The notes beneath the pieces were generated by a model that saw only the letters and a list, made by a program, of their open reading frames with translations, searched no databases and was not told the DNA's origin. Shown here one piece after another: positions 1 to 9,239 of a stretch of 32,000 nucleotides of DNA. The position numbers and the translations under genes were made by a program. The stretch is from Halomicronema hongdechloris C2206. Lineage in GTDB: Bacteria > Cyanobacteriota > Cyanobacteriia > Phormidesmidales > Phormidesmidaceae. The stretch lies in contig NZ_CP021983.2 in the NCBI RefSeq assembly GCF_002075285.3, positions 4,650,001 to 4,682,000 on the forward strand. Reading direction: 5' to 3'. Positions within the stretch are counted from its first letter, which is position 1, and every line of letters starts with the position of its first letter.

Positions 1-442
1 ATCCGTTGCCGCTCGTCCGACTCCATCACCTGGAAGTCTGCCTTCATGATGGCATCGCCGGTGAGGTCGTCATAGAGGGTCCAGGTGTACTCTCGGCCTG
101 GCTCTAGGCCAGGCCCGTTGTAGCGCAAGCGCGGCAGGAAATTGAACAGGTCCACTCGCCAGAGAGAATCGCCGCTGGCCACATCGTGGACTTCTAATGC
201 CTCAATCAGCCCCCCTTGCCAGAGAAAGACCGGGTTGAGATGCCAGATTTCTGGGGAGGTAGTGGCTGGGGCCACCAGACAGAGGTCGCCGCGGGAGCCG
301 CCGGGGCGCACCTTCCCCTGGGGGTAGAGGTGGCCTTTGGGCGCTAGCTATAGTGGTTAGGGAGGCCCCAAGCCAGAGAACCCAATAGCAGATAGCGGCT
401 GAGGCGGAGTTGTGGGAAACGTGACGTGATAAATCTAAACAT
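1..442 (-). pseudogene. DUF928-family secreted protein, N-terminal part (continues past window start); frame broken twice near the N-terminus
   Basis: Minus-strand translation of 1-305 reads GGSRGDLCLVAPATTSPEIWHLNPVFLWQGGLIEALEVHDV...LEPGREYTWTLYDD, the GGSRG-x-C ... P-x-F-x-W pattern I associate with DUF928. ATG at 442 opens a signal-peptide-like MFRFITSRFPQLRLSRYLLLGSLAWG in a second frame. SLTTIASAQRPPLPPGEGAP lies in the third frame. The frame changes fall at G/C runs near 362-372 and 297-309. It is absent from the ORF track because it is broken and runs off the edge. Confidence 0.6.
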
Positions 443-446
443 GGGA

Positions 447-2879
447 TTATCGTCGCATCAAAAACGGCAATCGGTAGAACCAGAGGGTAGCCAGCGGTAG
501 GGCAATGGGCAGAAGCACCAGCCCAGCAACATAGACTTGCAGGCTAATGATGGCATAGAGTAGGGAGCCACTGACTAGGAAGATGCACTGCCGCCGCCGG
601 TGGAGGCTAGTCTGGTCGATTACTTTGCTCAGTAATGCCGCCATTAGTACTAACCACAGGTCGGGCAGGGGCACGACCAAATGGCGGTGGCGAAAGTGGT
701 GAAACAAATAGCCATGGACTTCGCCTCCCAGGAGAACGGTGCTGTTATTGGCAGGAGCCTGGCGCTGACGCCAGTAGGCCATGGCTGCAGGCAGGGGGAA
801 ATTGTCTTCATTGAGTTCGCTGACACCAGCTTCGCCGTATCCCCCTGGCATGATCATCACCACTGCTTGGGGATAGTCCTGCCGCAGCTGCGGGGGTGAG
901 CTTTCTAGGAGCTGCCAAGCCGGTATTTGGCTGTAGAGCCGCTGCGGTGGCAGGGAGTAGTCGACGATGGGATGCAACCAGGTTTGCCCCAGACGATAGG
1001 CACTGGTGGTCACCGAGGCAGGCTGCATGCGGGGAGAGGTTAAGTGGGCTGGTACCGCTTGGTGTCCTTGGGAGAGGTCGACGGATTGGTGGCCTGAGCT
1101 CAGGACGTCAGCCAGGGCCATGAGATAGGCCAGGGGGAGGGGCCAGTCGGGACTATAACGGCTGAGAAGTAGGGGCACTAAGCGCCCCTGGCCAAATAAC
1201 TTGATGTCCCCTTGCCAGCTCCAGTCGGGGTTGCCTAGGGCCGGTAGAGGGGTTAGCCACTGCCCAGTTTGGTCGAGGTAAGTGGCTAGAATAAACCAGA
1301 TATCGTCTTGAGCCGCAGTCTCTAGGGTCTGGGCCAGGATATTGTCGTCACTGACTAAGGGGCGATCTAGAAGATAGTCAATGCTGATGACCGCTGGTTG
1401 CAATTGGGCAGTTTTGTCGACGACCCGCGCCAGATAGCGCCGATCCATGGGCCGGGGGTTGCTAATGTCGGCCCGGATCAGAGAATCATTGTCGATGGTG
1501 ACTAGCAGCAGCTCTGGCGATGCAGCCGGCAGCTGGCCGGTGCGATCGCGGTAGATGGCTTGGCTCCAGAGTCGCTGATCTAGCAAGCCCCGTTGTAGAG
1601 GGGGCAGTAGACTCAGGGTTACCATCACCCCGATCACGGCGACTTCGTAGCGGGTTGGCAGCCAGGCCCGTAGTTGCTGGCGCCAGCCCTTGGGGGCAAT
1701 GCGGTAGAGGGGGGCATCGGGGTGGCGAAACAGGGACGGGACTAAGTGAGCCGAGGGATAGGTGAGGGCATGCTCTAGTTTGAGGGCCTGACTGGCCTGG
1801 ATCAGGGCGGTGTGGACGTCGTCGTGGGCGGCTAGCCGCTGCAGGAAGCGGCGCAGGAATACATGGGCCACTTGGTTATGGACCGGTTCTCGAAAGATGG
1901 CGACCTGGCTCAGGCCTAGGTCGATCAGGGATTCGGCTAGATTGAGGCCGCTGCAGGAGTTGAAGAGGGCAAAGCGCAGGCCCCGTTGCTGGGCGATGGC
2001 TAAGCTGGGGGCCAGTTCGCGAACAGTTAGGGTGACGCCGGGTGCGATCGCAAGTTCCCCGCCGGTCAGGGCCGTCTCATTGCTATGGCCAGCGAACAAG
2101 AGTCCATCCCAGCCCTGGTCAGCGGCAATGGTATTGGCAATTTGGCGTTTCAGCTCACCGCTGTGGCAGCCAGGCTGCCAGCCGACAAACACCACCTCGG
2201 CCAGGCGGTTCAGGGCCCCGATGGCGGCCCGATCGCCAGCGAAATTGAGGCCCGTCTCATCTCCCAGGATGACGAGTAAGCGGGGACGGCGGCGCGGCGG
2301 TGGAGCATTGGCTGGGGCGCGAATCCTAGCCGGTGACCGCACCAAGCGCAACGGATGGACGGCGGCAAACTCGCTGCCAATCTCCCAGCTTTCCCAGGGA
2401 AGGCGGGCCACCTCTAGGGGATGGCAGGTGAGATAGAGATCCACTGGCTGCCCTTGAGCTTGGTGGCCGATCTGGGCGCGAATCTCGAATAGCTCTGGGC
2501 TGCGCAGCCAGCGATGAAAGTCGTAGAGGAGCTGGGCTTCTGCCTCGACTAACCGAGCCGACCAATCCACCGCCGAGGTCAAGCCGCCGCTACTCTGAAC
2601 TCGTCCGCGCAGGGAAGTGGGCGATACTGGCGGGGCCGGGGCCGGATCTTCCAGGTGACGATAGACCTGAAGATAGGCCTGCTGCCAGTGCTGATAGTGC
2701 TGCAGCAACTCAGAGCGCCAGGGTAAGGCTGCCGCTAGATGCTGGCCTTGGCCCCAGGTCAGGTCGAAGAGGCAGGTCTGCTCCACCCGATGCACCTTGA
2801 GGTGGAGGGACGTGGCGGTGGGGGGGATGCGATCGCACGGTAACAACTCAGTATCAGGATCAATATCAATCGATATCAA
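447..2879 (-). CDS. CHAT (caspase-like protease) - CHASE2 sensor membrane protein
   Basis: 810-codon ORF; the track start is TTG at 2879, so the true start is uncertain. The central CHAT module carries a His/Cys dyad context (LLFAGHSNE ... LFNSCSGLN). It is followed by a TM helix, a CHASE2-like extracytoplasmic region (LLLVTIDNDSL...RRYLARVVDK...ISIDYLLDRP) and three C-terminal TM helices. Confidence 0.85.
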   Translation of the reverse strand: MISIDIDPDTELLPCDRIPPTATSLHLKVHRVEQTCLFDLTWGQGQHLAAALPWRSELLQHYQHWQQAYLQVYRHLEDPAPAPPVSPTSLRGRVQSSGGLTSAVDWSARLVEAEAQLLYDFHRWLRSPELFEIRAQIGHQAQGQPVDLYLTCHPLEVARLPWESWEIGSEFAAVHPLRLVRSPARIRAPANAPPPRRRPRLLVILGDETGLNFAGDRAAIGALNRLAEVVFVGWQPGCHSGELKRQIANTIAADQGWDGLLFAGHSNETALTGGELAIAPGVTLTVRELAPSLAIAQQRGLRFALFNSCSGLNLAESLIDLGLSQVAIFREPVHNQVAHVFLRRFLQRLAAHDDVHTALIQASQALKLEHALTYPSAHLVPSLFRHPDAPLYRIAPKGWRQQLRAWLPTRYEVAVIGVMVTLSLLPPLQRGLLDQRLWSQAIYRDRTGQLPAASPELLLVTIDNDSLIRADISNPRPMDRRYLARVVDKTAQLQPAVISIDYLLDRPLVSDDNILAQTLETAAQDDIWFILATYLDQTGQWLTPLPALGNPDWSWQGDIKLFGQGRLVPLLLSRYSPDWPLPLAYLMALADVLSSGHQSVDLSQGHQAVPAHLTSPRMQPASVTTSAYRLGQTWLHPIVDYSLPPQRLYSQIPAWQLLESSPPQLRQDYPQAVVMIMPGGYGEAGVSELNEDNFPLPAAMAYWRQRQAPANNSTVLLGGEVHGYLFHHFRHRHLVVPLPDLWLVLMAALLSKVIDQTSLHRRRQCIFLVSGSLLYAIISLQVYVAGLVLLPIALPLATLWFYRLPFLMRR
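1542..1549. repeat. HIP1 octamer GCGATCGC (one example of at least 18 exact copies in the window)
   Basis: Exact copies are also seen near 2044, 2829, 4407, 4969, 7689, 12071, 12458, 13929, 15492, 16145, 17818, 19000, 21519, 26945, 28959, 29809, 30525 and 31025. Confidence 0.9.
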
Positions 2880-2892
2880 CAGGACGACTGCC

Positions 2893-4213
2893 CTAGCAGA
2901 AATCTGGTTGGAAGCCCAGGGGCGGTAAGGTCAGGATGGTGCCGTCAGGGAATCGCAATGACACCTGGAAGGTCTCCTGCCAACTACCAATGACCTGGGC
3001 ATAGAGATAGTCATCCCCCTCATCATCGGCGAAATAGCGCTCTACCAACAGGGTTTGGTCGTCGGAAATCTGTAGCCCGGCCCCCAACGGTCGAGACTGA
3101 CCCGGCTGCGGTCCCAAAATCACCAGCAGGGTCCATTCTGGATCCCCTGTGGTCCCTGCCAGGGCCCAACTGAGGGCATAGAGCCGCAGCCCTCCCCCAG
3201 CCCAAGAGACATCATGGTAAGCCGCCGCTGCCCCTGAGCCCATAGATAGGCCACGATCGTCTAAAGACTGTAGTAGTGACCCCAGATCATCCAGGGTGGT
3301 GGTGCGCATGGCGGTGGCCAAGTTGGGGGGTGGCAATAGGGTCCAGGCCAGCGATTGGGCTAGGGGATCGAGCTGTTGCCGCAGCCATAGCCCCGTGTTG
3401 ATCACCCCCTGGGACCAGGTCAGATGTGGCGTTGACCTGGGGCCAGGCGGGGGTCTGTCCCCGTTGCACTCCATAGAGCCAACGGGTCCAATCGGGATGA
3501 CTGAGCAGAGCCGCCCCTAGGGACCAGGGCAGCCTGGCCTCCGGTAAGACATCAGCCTGTTGCAGCTGCGGCAATAGCTGTTGTAAGCGGGTCTGGTGGT
3601 TAGCTGTTAGATCGGGGGTGGCGGTCGTGGTCACCGGCAGGGCGGCGGCTTCTAGGCAACGCAGGTATAGCAACAGCTGTTCGCTATCTCGCTCAAACCA
3701 GCTGAGAGGCACTGATAATGCCCAATCTACCTGATGGGAGTCTGGGCCCAATTGCCGTAACAGCTGATCGCGTCGCAGCACGCCCCCTACCCGCGCCGTC
3801 CCTCGATGCTCATCCACTTCCATCCAGACAAATAACTGGGCGGCCCAATCGGGCAATTCCACGGCGGCCTTGGGCAGCGGCAGCACTGAGTCTACCAAGG
3901 TGCCGCTGGTGAGCAGGCAGAGTCGCAGCTCTCCGACTCGCAATCCACAGACGGCGTCAATGGCATGGGCATAGGCCGGATCCTGGAGAGACACCTGGTC
4001 AGTGCCAAGCGCCAACTCTGGAGCCCGTTCCTGCAGCCAACTGGTGAATCCCTGCAGGGCGAGGCCATGCAGATAAATGCGCCACTGCCGCTCTGGGTGA
4101 GGGTCGGCCTGGCTGCGGGTTGCCGCTTGGGCCACTTGGTCTGGGGTAAGCTCCAGGATGTCGGCGTCTAAGCCTTCGTGTTCTAGGTCGATATGGTCGT
4201 CAAAGGCAATCAT
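2893..4213 (-). pseudogene. DUF1822-family protein, split over two frames (frameshift near 3425-3460)
   Basis: ORF 3287..4213 (N-terminal part, credible to about WLYGVQRGQTPAWPQVNA) and ORF 2893..3474 (credible from about HLTWSQGVINTGLWLRQQLDPL to the C-terminus) overlap in frames offset by 1 nt. Joined, they give a roughly 435-aa protein of the cyanobacterial DUF1822 type. ATG at 4213 lies 4 nt after the upstream stop. Confidence 0.7.
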
Positions 4214-4217
4214 GGTG

Positions 4218-5666
4218 TCATCTCCGGCTGTCTAGGTGGCGGCAAAGGGCTACGGTAAACTGGCTGCGATGTTGACTCTGGGTGGTGGCTTCGGTTTCGG
4301 CGGTGGCCATCAGGCTATCCACCCGCTCGGCCAGAGCGGCGTCGATCTGGGCATTCAAGTGGTGCAATCGCTCGGGATCGACATAGGCCTGGGCTAGCTG
4401 TCGGGTGCGATCGCACATCTGTTGCAATAGATGCTGACGAATATCGGCCCGCAGGGCCTTTAACTTCAGCAGGCGGCTGACTTGATACTGCTGGCTGAAG
4501 CCGATTTGCCGGGCAATCTCACCCATGGCCAAGCCGTCGCAGTGAAATAGCCGCAGCGCCTTGAGAAAGGGCTCTATCTTCTCAGGTTGGCGGCGTTGCA
4601 GCCGCGCTAGCCAGGTCTCGATCACCGTGGCGATGGCCTGCTGCAGGCATTGGTCAAATACCTGACGAAAACCAGCTAAAAACTGGGCCGTGTCGTCTTC
4701 CTGCGGGGCAGGAGCTCGCATCCCCTGGGCCACCGCCGCAATTTCGGGCCGATCCAGCGATTCGGTCGGCACCAGCCCGCCCCGCACATGGATGCGGTAG
4801 TGGCGTAGGTAGCTGGCTAAGGCCTGCAACTGACCCAATAAATCGTCCTCAGACAGCTTTTGGGCCAGGGCACGGGGCAACTGCTGGGCCAGGCGTTGGA
4901 GCTGCTCTGGGGTAGGGGGCACACAGCCCCCGCCGCCGCCGGCCTGTCGCTGCTGGATGCGATCGCGACGATAGACCCCATGATAACTCTGCAGCAACTG
5001 TTGGGCTTGGGTGACCTCTGTCGGGCTGAGGCCATGGAACTCCCCCAAAATTTTCGATACCTGCTTCACGGAGGTATCGTTGAGAATGGCCCAGTCGCTG
5101 ACCAAGTAGACCCCGTGCTGCAGCAAGAAGCGGTTCAGGTCACGATGGTGGCGCACTCGCCGGGTCACCCAAGTGCTGAGACTGGCTCGCTGCGGATCAA
5201 AACTCCGCAGAATGTCAGCCGCCAAAGAACAATAGGTTTCACTGCTAGAGTTGGCCAAGGGCTCCAGGGGATAGGTCTCATCCAGCACGAAGGGAAATAA
5301 CTCATAGCGGGTAAACCCATAGCGTTCGCCAAAGCGTGCCTCTAAATCCTGACAAACCCACTCCACCTGATTGGACACATAGCACCGGAGGCAGCCCTCG
5401 GCCACCGTAATTTGATCAGCCGCCGCCTGCCACTGGCTCAACAGATAGGCTTGAATGGCGGTATCCGTTGCCGTTTCGGCACCCTTGGTTAGATGCTGGG
5501 CCAGATAGGTCTTGGCCGTGGGCAATAGGTGGGGGCTAATGCGGCTACTCGCGGTGATGCGGACCAGTCGCCAGTATTTGGATGGAATCTCAGAAGGACT
5601 ATCCATAGGAGACAGACTACGCATCCTGGGCGGAGCATTCAACACCATAGTAGGAGAGAGGGGCAT
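4218..5666 (-). CDS. sigma-70 family-like protein (atypical, long)
   Basis: 482-codon ORF with a C-terminal region-4-like HTH (LRLFHCDGLAMGEIARQIGFSQQYQVSRLLKLKALRADIRQ). It is the first gene of a same-strand, tightly spaced four-gene cluster. The start could be one of several early Met codons. Confidence 0.75.
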   Translation of the reverse strand: MPLSPTMVLNAPPRMRSLSPMDSPSEIPSKYWRLVRITASSRISPHLLPTAKTYLAQHLTKGAETATDTAIQAYLLSQWQAAADQITVAEGCLRCYVSNQVEWVCQDLEARFGERYGFTRYELFPFVLDETYPLEPLANSSSETYCSLAADILRSFDPQRASLSTWVTRRVRHHRDLNRFLLQHGVYLVSDWAILNDTSVKQVSKILGEFHGLSPTEVTQAQQLLQSYHGVYRRDRIQQRQAGGGGGCVPPTPEQLQRLAQQLPRALAQKLSEDDLLGQLQALASYLRHYRIHVRGGLVPTESLDRPEIAAVAQGMRAPAPQEDDTAQFLAGFRQVFDQCLQQAIATVIETWLARLQRRQPEKIEPFLKALRLFHCDGLAMGEIARQIGFSQQYQVSRLLKLKALRADIRQHLLQQMCDRTRQLAQAYVDPERLHHLNAQIDAALAERVDSLMATAETEATTQSQHRSQFTVALCRHLDSRR

Positions 5667-5963
5667 GGACTATCCTGACAGGGGGTGAACCGCCAGCAGA
5701 TATCTCTGACGGCCATGAGCCTATGCACTGTTGCCGGAGGGGTGACAGCCGTTAGGCATTTTTCTAGGGATAAACTAAAGTATTGACTGGGCTACTCTGG
5801 AGCTGGGTCAATGACTCTGAAGTTTTTTCGGCAAAATACTTTAGGGTTAAGTGAATGGCTGAGGCTATCATCAGCCAGCACCGCCATCCCAGGGTTACCC
5901 TGAATCGATGACCTGGAAGCCACTGTAACCGCTAAACCTAGAGCGGTTGCTTCAGCCGGGATA

Positions 5964-6629
5964 ATGAGCGATACGTCAGCCTTTATTGCAGGATGTGCCA
6001 CCACTGGGGCGGCAGCGTTGATGCTGCTGTTAGCTCGCATGAGCTTAGATGAGACCTCGCCCCGCCCTGCCACTGAGTCCGAGCCCTACATTAACGAGGC
6101 CATTACTCCGATACCGGCACCGCCGCCACCCACGGTAGATACCCCTGACACCAATCCCCTAGAGCAAGAGCTGGAACAACAGCAGGAGTTGATTCAGCGG
6201 TTAGAAACCCAACTAGGAGAACAACAACAGCAAATTGATGACTTAGAAGAGCAACTGCGCCGTCAAGAAGACGACGCCCGCACTCTCCTAGCCCGTCTAG
6301 ATGACTATCAGCACTCTGTGGATAGCCTGGCATCCCAGCAGAATCGCTTAGAAGGGGCCCAGCAGACGGCTGGTCAGACGCAGACGTCCTTGGTCTGGGT
6401 GGGAGCTGGTATTGTCATGATCGTGTTGCTGGGGGGCGCCGCCCTGATGGTGGTGATCGTTGTGTTTGTGGCTAGTCGACGACGAGAGTCTCGGGCATCC
6501 CAGGCGCCTATGTATCCAGTCAATGTGCCCCCCACCGCTTACCATCCCTACTACCAGCAAGAGTTGATCACCCCCTATCCCTTGCGTCCTTCCCCCATGG
6601 GCACACCGCCCTCGGATTATCCCCGTTAA
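5964..6629 (+). CDS. hypothetical membrane protein with Q/E-rich coiled coil and Pro/Tyr-rich tail
   Basis: 221-codon ORF. It has an N-terminal hydrophobic helix (AFIAGCATTGAAALMLLLA), a heptad-like QELEQQQELIQRLETQLGEQQQQIDDLEEQLRRQEDD segment, a second TM helix (LVWVGAGIVMIVLLGGAALMVVIVVFVA) and a PxY-rich C-terminus. No family was recognised. Confidence 0.6.
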   Translation: MSDTSAFIAGCATTGAAALMLLLARMSLDETSPRPATESEPYINEAITPIPAPPPPTVDTPDTNPLEQELEQQQELIQRLETQLGEQQQQIDDLEEQLRRQEDDARTLLARLDDYQHSVDSLASQQNRLEGAQQTAGQTQTSLVWVGAGIVMIVLLGGAALMVVIVVFVASRRRESRASQAPMYPVNVPPTAYHPYYQQELITPYPLRPSPMGTPPSDYPR

Positions 6630-6676
6630 GTCCTATCTGGCATTGGCCACATCCTATGGCAAAGGTGGCTGTCCCC

Positions 6677-8089
6677 TTAAAACTCCACATTGTCGGGGGT
6701 GCGGGGAAAGGGAATCACATCGCGAATATTGGCCATGCCAGTCATGAACTGAACTAATCGCTCAAAACCCAGGCCAAAACCGGCATGGGGTACGGTGCCA
6801 TAGCGGCGCAGATCCAGGTACCACCAGTAATCTTCCAAGGGCAGACCGGCTGTCTGAATCCGCCGTTCCAGGACTTCTAACCGTTCTTCCCGCTGAGACC
6901 CGCCAATGATCTCACCCACTTTGGGGGCCAGTACATCCATAGCTCGCACGGTGTTGCCATCCTGATTGAGGCGCATGTAAAAGGCCTTAATCGCCGCTGG
7001 ATAGTCGGTGACGATGACAGGCTTCTTAAACACCTCCTCGGTCAGATAGCGCTCATGTTCCGACTGCAGATCAACTCCCCACTCTACCGGGAACTCAAAG
7101 GAGCGATCGGCTTTTGCCAACAGGGTCACCGCTTCGCTGTAGGTAATGCGCTCGAACTCATGGGCCAGAATATTCTCCGCCGTGGCCAGGACACTGGTGT
7201 CGATGCGTTGGTTGAAGAAGTCCATATCCTCAGGGCATTGTTCCAGGACAGTGCGAAACACATGTTTGAGGAAGGCTTCAGCCCAGTCCATAGCACCATC
7301 AAGGTCACAGAAGGCCATCTCCGGCTCTACCATCCAAAATTCGGCCAAATGCCGCGAGGTATTAGAATTTTCAGCCCGGAAGGTGGGGCCAAAGGTGTAG
7401 ACATTAGTAAAGGCCATGGCCATGATCTCGGCTTCCAGTTGGCCACTCACGGTCAGATAGGCGGGTTTACCAAAGAAATCTTGGCTGAAGTCAACGGCTC
7501 CGGCTTGGGTGTGGGGCAACTGCTCTAGATCGAGACTGGTGACCGTAAATAGTTCGCCGGCCCCTTCACAGTCACTGGCCGTCAGAATCGGGGTGTGCAC
7601 CCAGAGAAACCCCTGATCCTGGAAAAACTGATGAATGGCCTGGGCACAGGCATTGCGGACCCGAAACACTGCTCCCAGGGTATTGGTGCGCGATCGCAAG
7701 TGGCCTAGAGTTCTGAGGAACTCGAAGGAATGCCGCTTCTTTTGCAGGGGATAGGTCTCGGGATCGGCCGCACCAAACACCGTAATTTGGCTGGCCTGGA
7801 CTTCCACCCGTTGTCCCTTACCCGGTGACTCCACCAGGGTGCCCGAGATGCTCACCGAGGCGCCGGTGCTCAACTGTTTGAGGATAGACTCATAGTCGGG
7901 CAACTCAGCATTCACTACCACCTGTAGCCCGGCCATAGAGGAGCCGTCATTGATATTGATAAATGTCAGCCCCTTGGTGGATCGCCTTGTCCGCACCCAC
8001 CCTTGCAGGGTGATAACCTCTCCCGGTTGACCCTGCTGCGAAATGTCTCGAATCCGTTGCGTCATTGGCAGTTTCACTGGCTCAGTCAC
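6677..8089 (-). CDS. asnS: asparagine--tRNA ligase
   Basis: 470-aa ORF with class IIb aaRS motifs throughout: [32 protein letters not shown] and [27 protein letters not shown]. Confidence 0.97.
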   Translation of the reverse strand: MTEPVKLPMTQRIRDISQQGQPGEVITLQGWVRTRRSTKGLTFININDGSSMAGLQVVVNAELPDYESILKQLSTGASVSISGTLVESPGKGQRVEVQASQITVFGAADPETYPLQKKRHSFEFLRTLGHLRSRTNTLGAVFRVRNACAQAIHQFFQDQGFLWVHTPILTASDCEGAGELFTVTSLDLEQLPHTQAGAVDFSQDFFGKPAYLTVSGQLEAEIMAMAFTNVYTFGPTFRAENSNTSRHLAEFWMVEPEMAFCDLDGAMDWAEAFLKHVFRTVLEQCPEDMDFFNQRIDTSVLATAENILAHEFERITYSEAVTLLAKADRSFEFPVEWGVDLQSEHERYLTEEVFKKPVIVTDYPAAIKAFYMRLNQDGNTVRAMDVLAPKVGEIIGGSQREERLEVLERRIQTAGLPLEDYWWYLDLRRYGTVPHAGFGLGFERLVQFMTGMANIRDVIPFPRTPDNVEF

Positions 8090-8124
8090 CTTTACTGATT
8101 GTAAAGGGTGGTCTAGGGGCTGGC

Positions 8125-8454
8125 CTACCCTGCCCAGCTACGCAATACCCATCCTACGATTAGCCCTAGTCCGCCAAACCGCACTGCTTGCCAGAACGGC
8201 TCCTGGAGTTGTCGCCAAGACCACAACTGACTGGCGAGATCGGCTTCAATGGCAGCAAGGCGCTGCTGGGTACGAACCATGTCCTCGGTACCAATGGGGC
8301 CCTGGTGTTGCTGCAGGGCTCGGAGTTGATTGACATGATCTAATAGCATCTGTAAGCGCTGGGCTAATTCGTCCCAATTGACCACCTCAGAAGAGGCCGG
8401 TTCGAAAGAACCGCGTCGGGAATCGGCCCGTCGCTGTCGAGAGGGTCGTGGCAT
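8125..8454 (-). CDS. small hypothetical protein with C-terminal membrane anchor
   Basis: The track ORF 8125..8649 has an implausible N-terminal 65 aa that overlaps the divergent gene. The internal ATG at 8454 gives a 109-aa protein ([15 protein letters not shown]...) with a helical middle and a hydrophobic tail ([21 protein letters not shown]). Confidence 0.5.
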   Translation of the reverse strand: MPRPSRQRRADSRRGSFEPASSEVVNWDELAQRLQMLLDHVNQLRALQQHQGPIGTEDMVRTQQRLAAIEADLASQLWSWRQLQEPFWQAVRFGGLGLIVGWVLRSWAG

Positions 8455-8479
8455 TATGCAAGAGTAAGTAGAGATAGGT

Positions 8480-8791
8480 TTGCTTCTGACTATGCCAGAT
8501 ACCCCTGCCAAAAGCTCACCAGGCAGAGAGACCTCTGCCCAGTTGCAGCAATACACTGCTCTGGAATTGGCCCAGGCCCTAGCCGAGAAGCTGGCCATTG
8601 AGCCCAATGATTGGCATCGCTTGAATCGCAACCGTAAGGTGCGAGCCAAGGAGCAATTGGCTGCAGCCTTGGTCTATCTGCTGAGCGATCAGCCAGAGGA
8701 AGCGTTAATGCGAACCCAACAAGCCAGTGGTTGGCTAGACCACAGCTTGACAGCGCCCCCCTGCCCTACCCATGGGCCACGGACTCGGTAA
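8480..8791 (+). CDS. conserved-looking small hypothetical protein
   Basis: 103-codon ORF (alternative ATG at 8492), divergent from 8454. Its composition is protein-like (LELAQALAEKLAIEPNDWHRLNRNRKVRAKEQLAAALVYLLSDQPEEAL). The 3' end overlaps the convergent gene by 26 nt. Confidence 0.5.
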   Translation: MLLTMPDTPAKSSPGRETSAQLQQYTALELAQALAEKLAIEPNDWHRLNRNRKVRAKEQLAAALVYLLSDQPEEALMRTQQASGWLDHSLTAPPCPTHGPRTR

Positions 8792-9233
8792 AGCGGGGGA
8801 ATTTAGTGCGACGACGCACGCGCTTGCGCAGGTGGAGCTCGCATCCCCCCTGCATCCAGGTGACGTCATCAAAAACTTGGTAGAGAATATAGAGCCCGCG
8901 ACCGCATTCCTCCACGGAGTGGTTGCAATCACCATCAAGCTCCTTGTGGCGGCAGCAGGGATAGGAAAATCCACTGCCTTGATCGGTAATAATCCACCAG
9001 TAATCGTCACCGTTTACGGTAAATCTGACCGATATTTTCTTGCCAGGATCCAGTTTATTGCCGTGCTTAGCGGCATTGACTAGGGCTTCTTGCAACCCCA
9101 GCCGAACTTCTGCCTGCCACGGATCAGGGATGCCTGCCAAGAGCAGATCCAAAATGGGACAGAGATAGAGGGTCGATACAAAGCTGAGGTTATCCCATTT
9201 GCAGTTGGCCGGTGGTGGAGAAAGCGCTAACAC
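8766..9233 (-). CDS. anti-sigma regulatory factor / Ser-Thr kinase of the RsbW-SpoIIAB (HATPase_c) type
   Basis: N-box EALVNAAKHGN and G-boxes DQGSGF / GRGLYIL are present. The GTG start at 9233 is preceded by GGAGGA 7 nt upstream. Confidence 0.75.
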   Translation of the reverse strand: MLALSPPPANCKWDNLSFVSTLYLCPILDLLLAGIPDPWQAEVRLGLQEALVNAAKHGNKLDPGKKISVRFTVNGDDYWWIITDQGSGFSYPCCRHKELDGDCNHSVEECGRGLYILYQVFDDVTWMQGGCELHLRKRVRRRTKFPRFTESVAHG

Positions 9234-9239
9234 AGAGGA

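Noticed and set aside
142-327. 61-codon plus-strand ORF at the window start.
   Set aside because: It lies antisense to the clearly recognisable DUF928 coding sequence.
1810-2436. Long antisense or overlapping ORFs inside confirmed genes, for example 1810..2436(+), 12549..12947(-), 24580..25185(-), 26252..26770(-), 11095..11520(-), 17394..17723(-) and 20053..20409(+).
   Set aside because: They are Arg/Pro/Gly/Ser-rich translations typical of the non-coding frames of GC-rich genes. Each is fully contained in a gene with clear family motifs on the other strand or frame.
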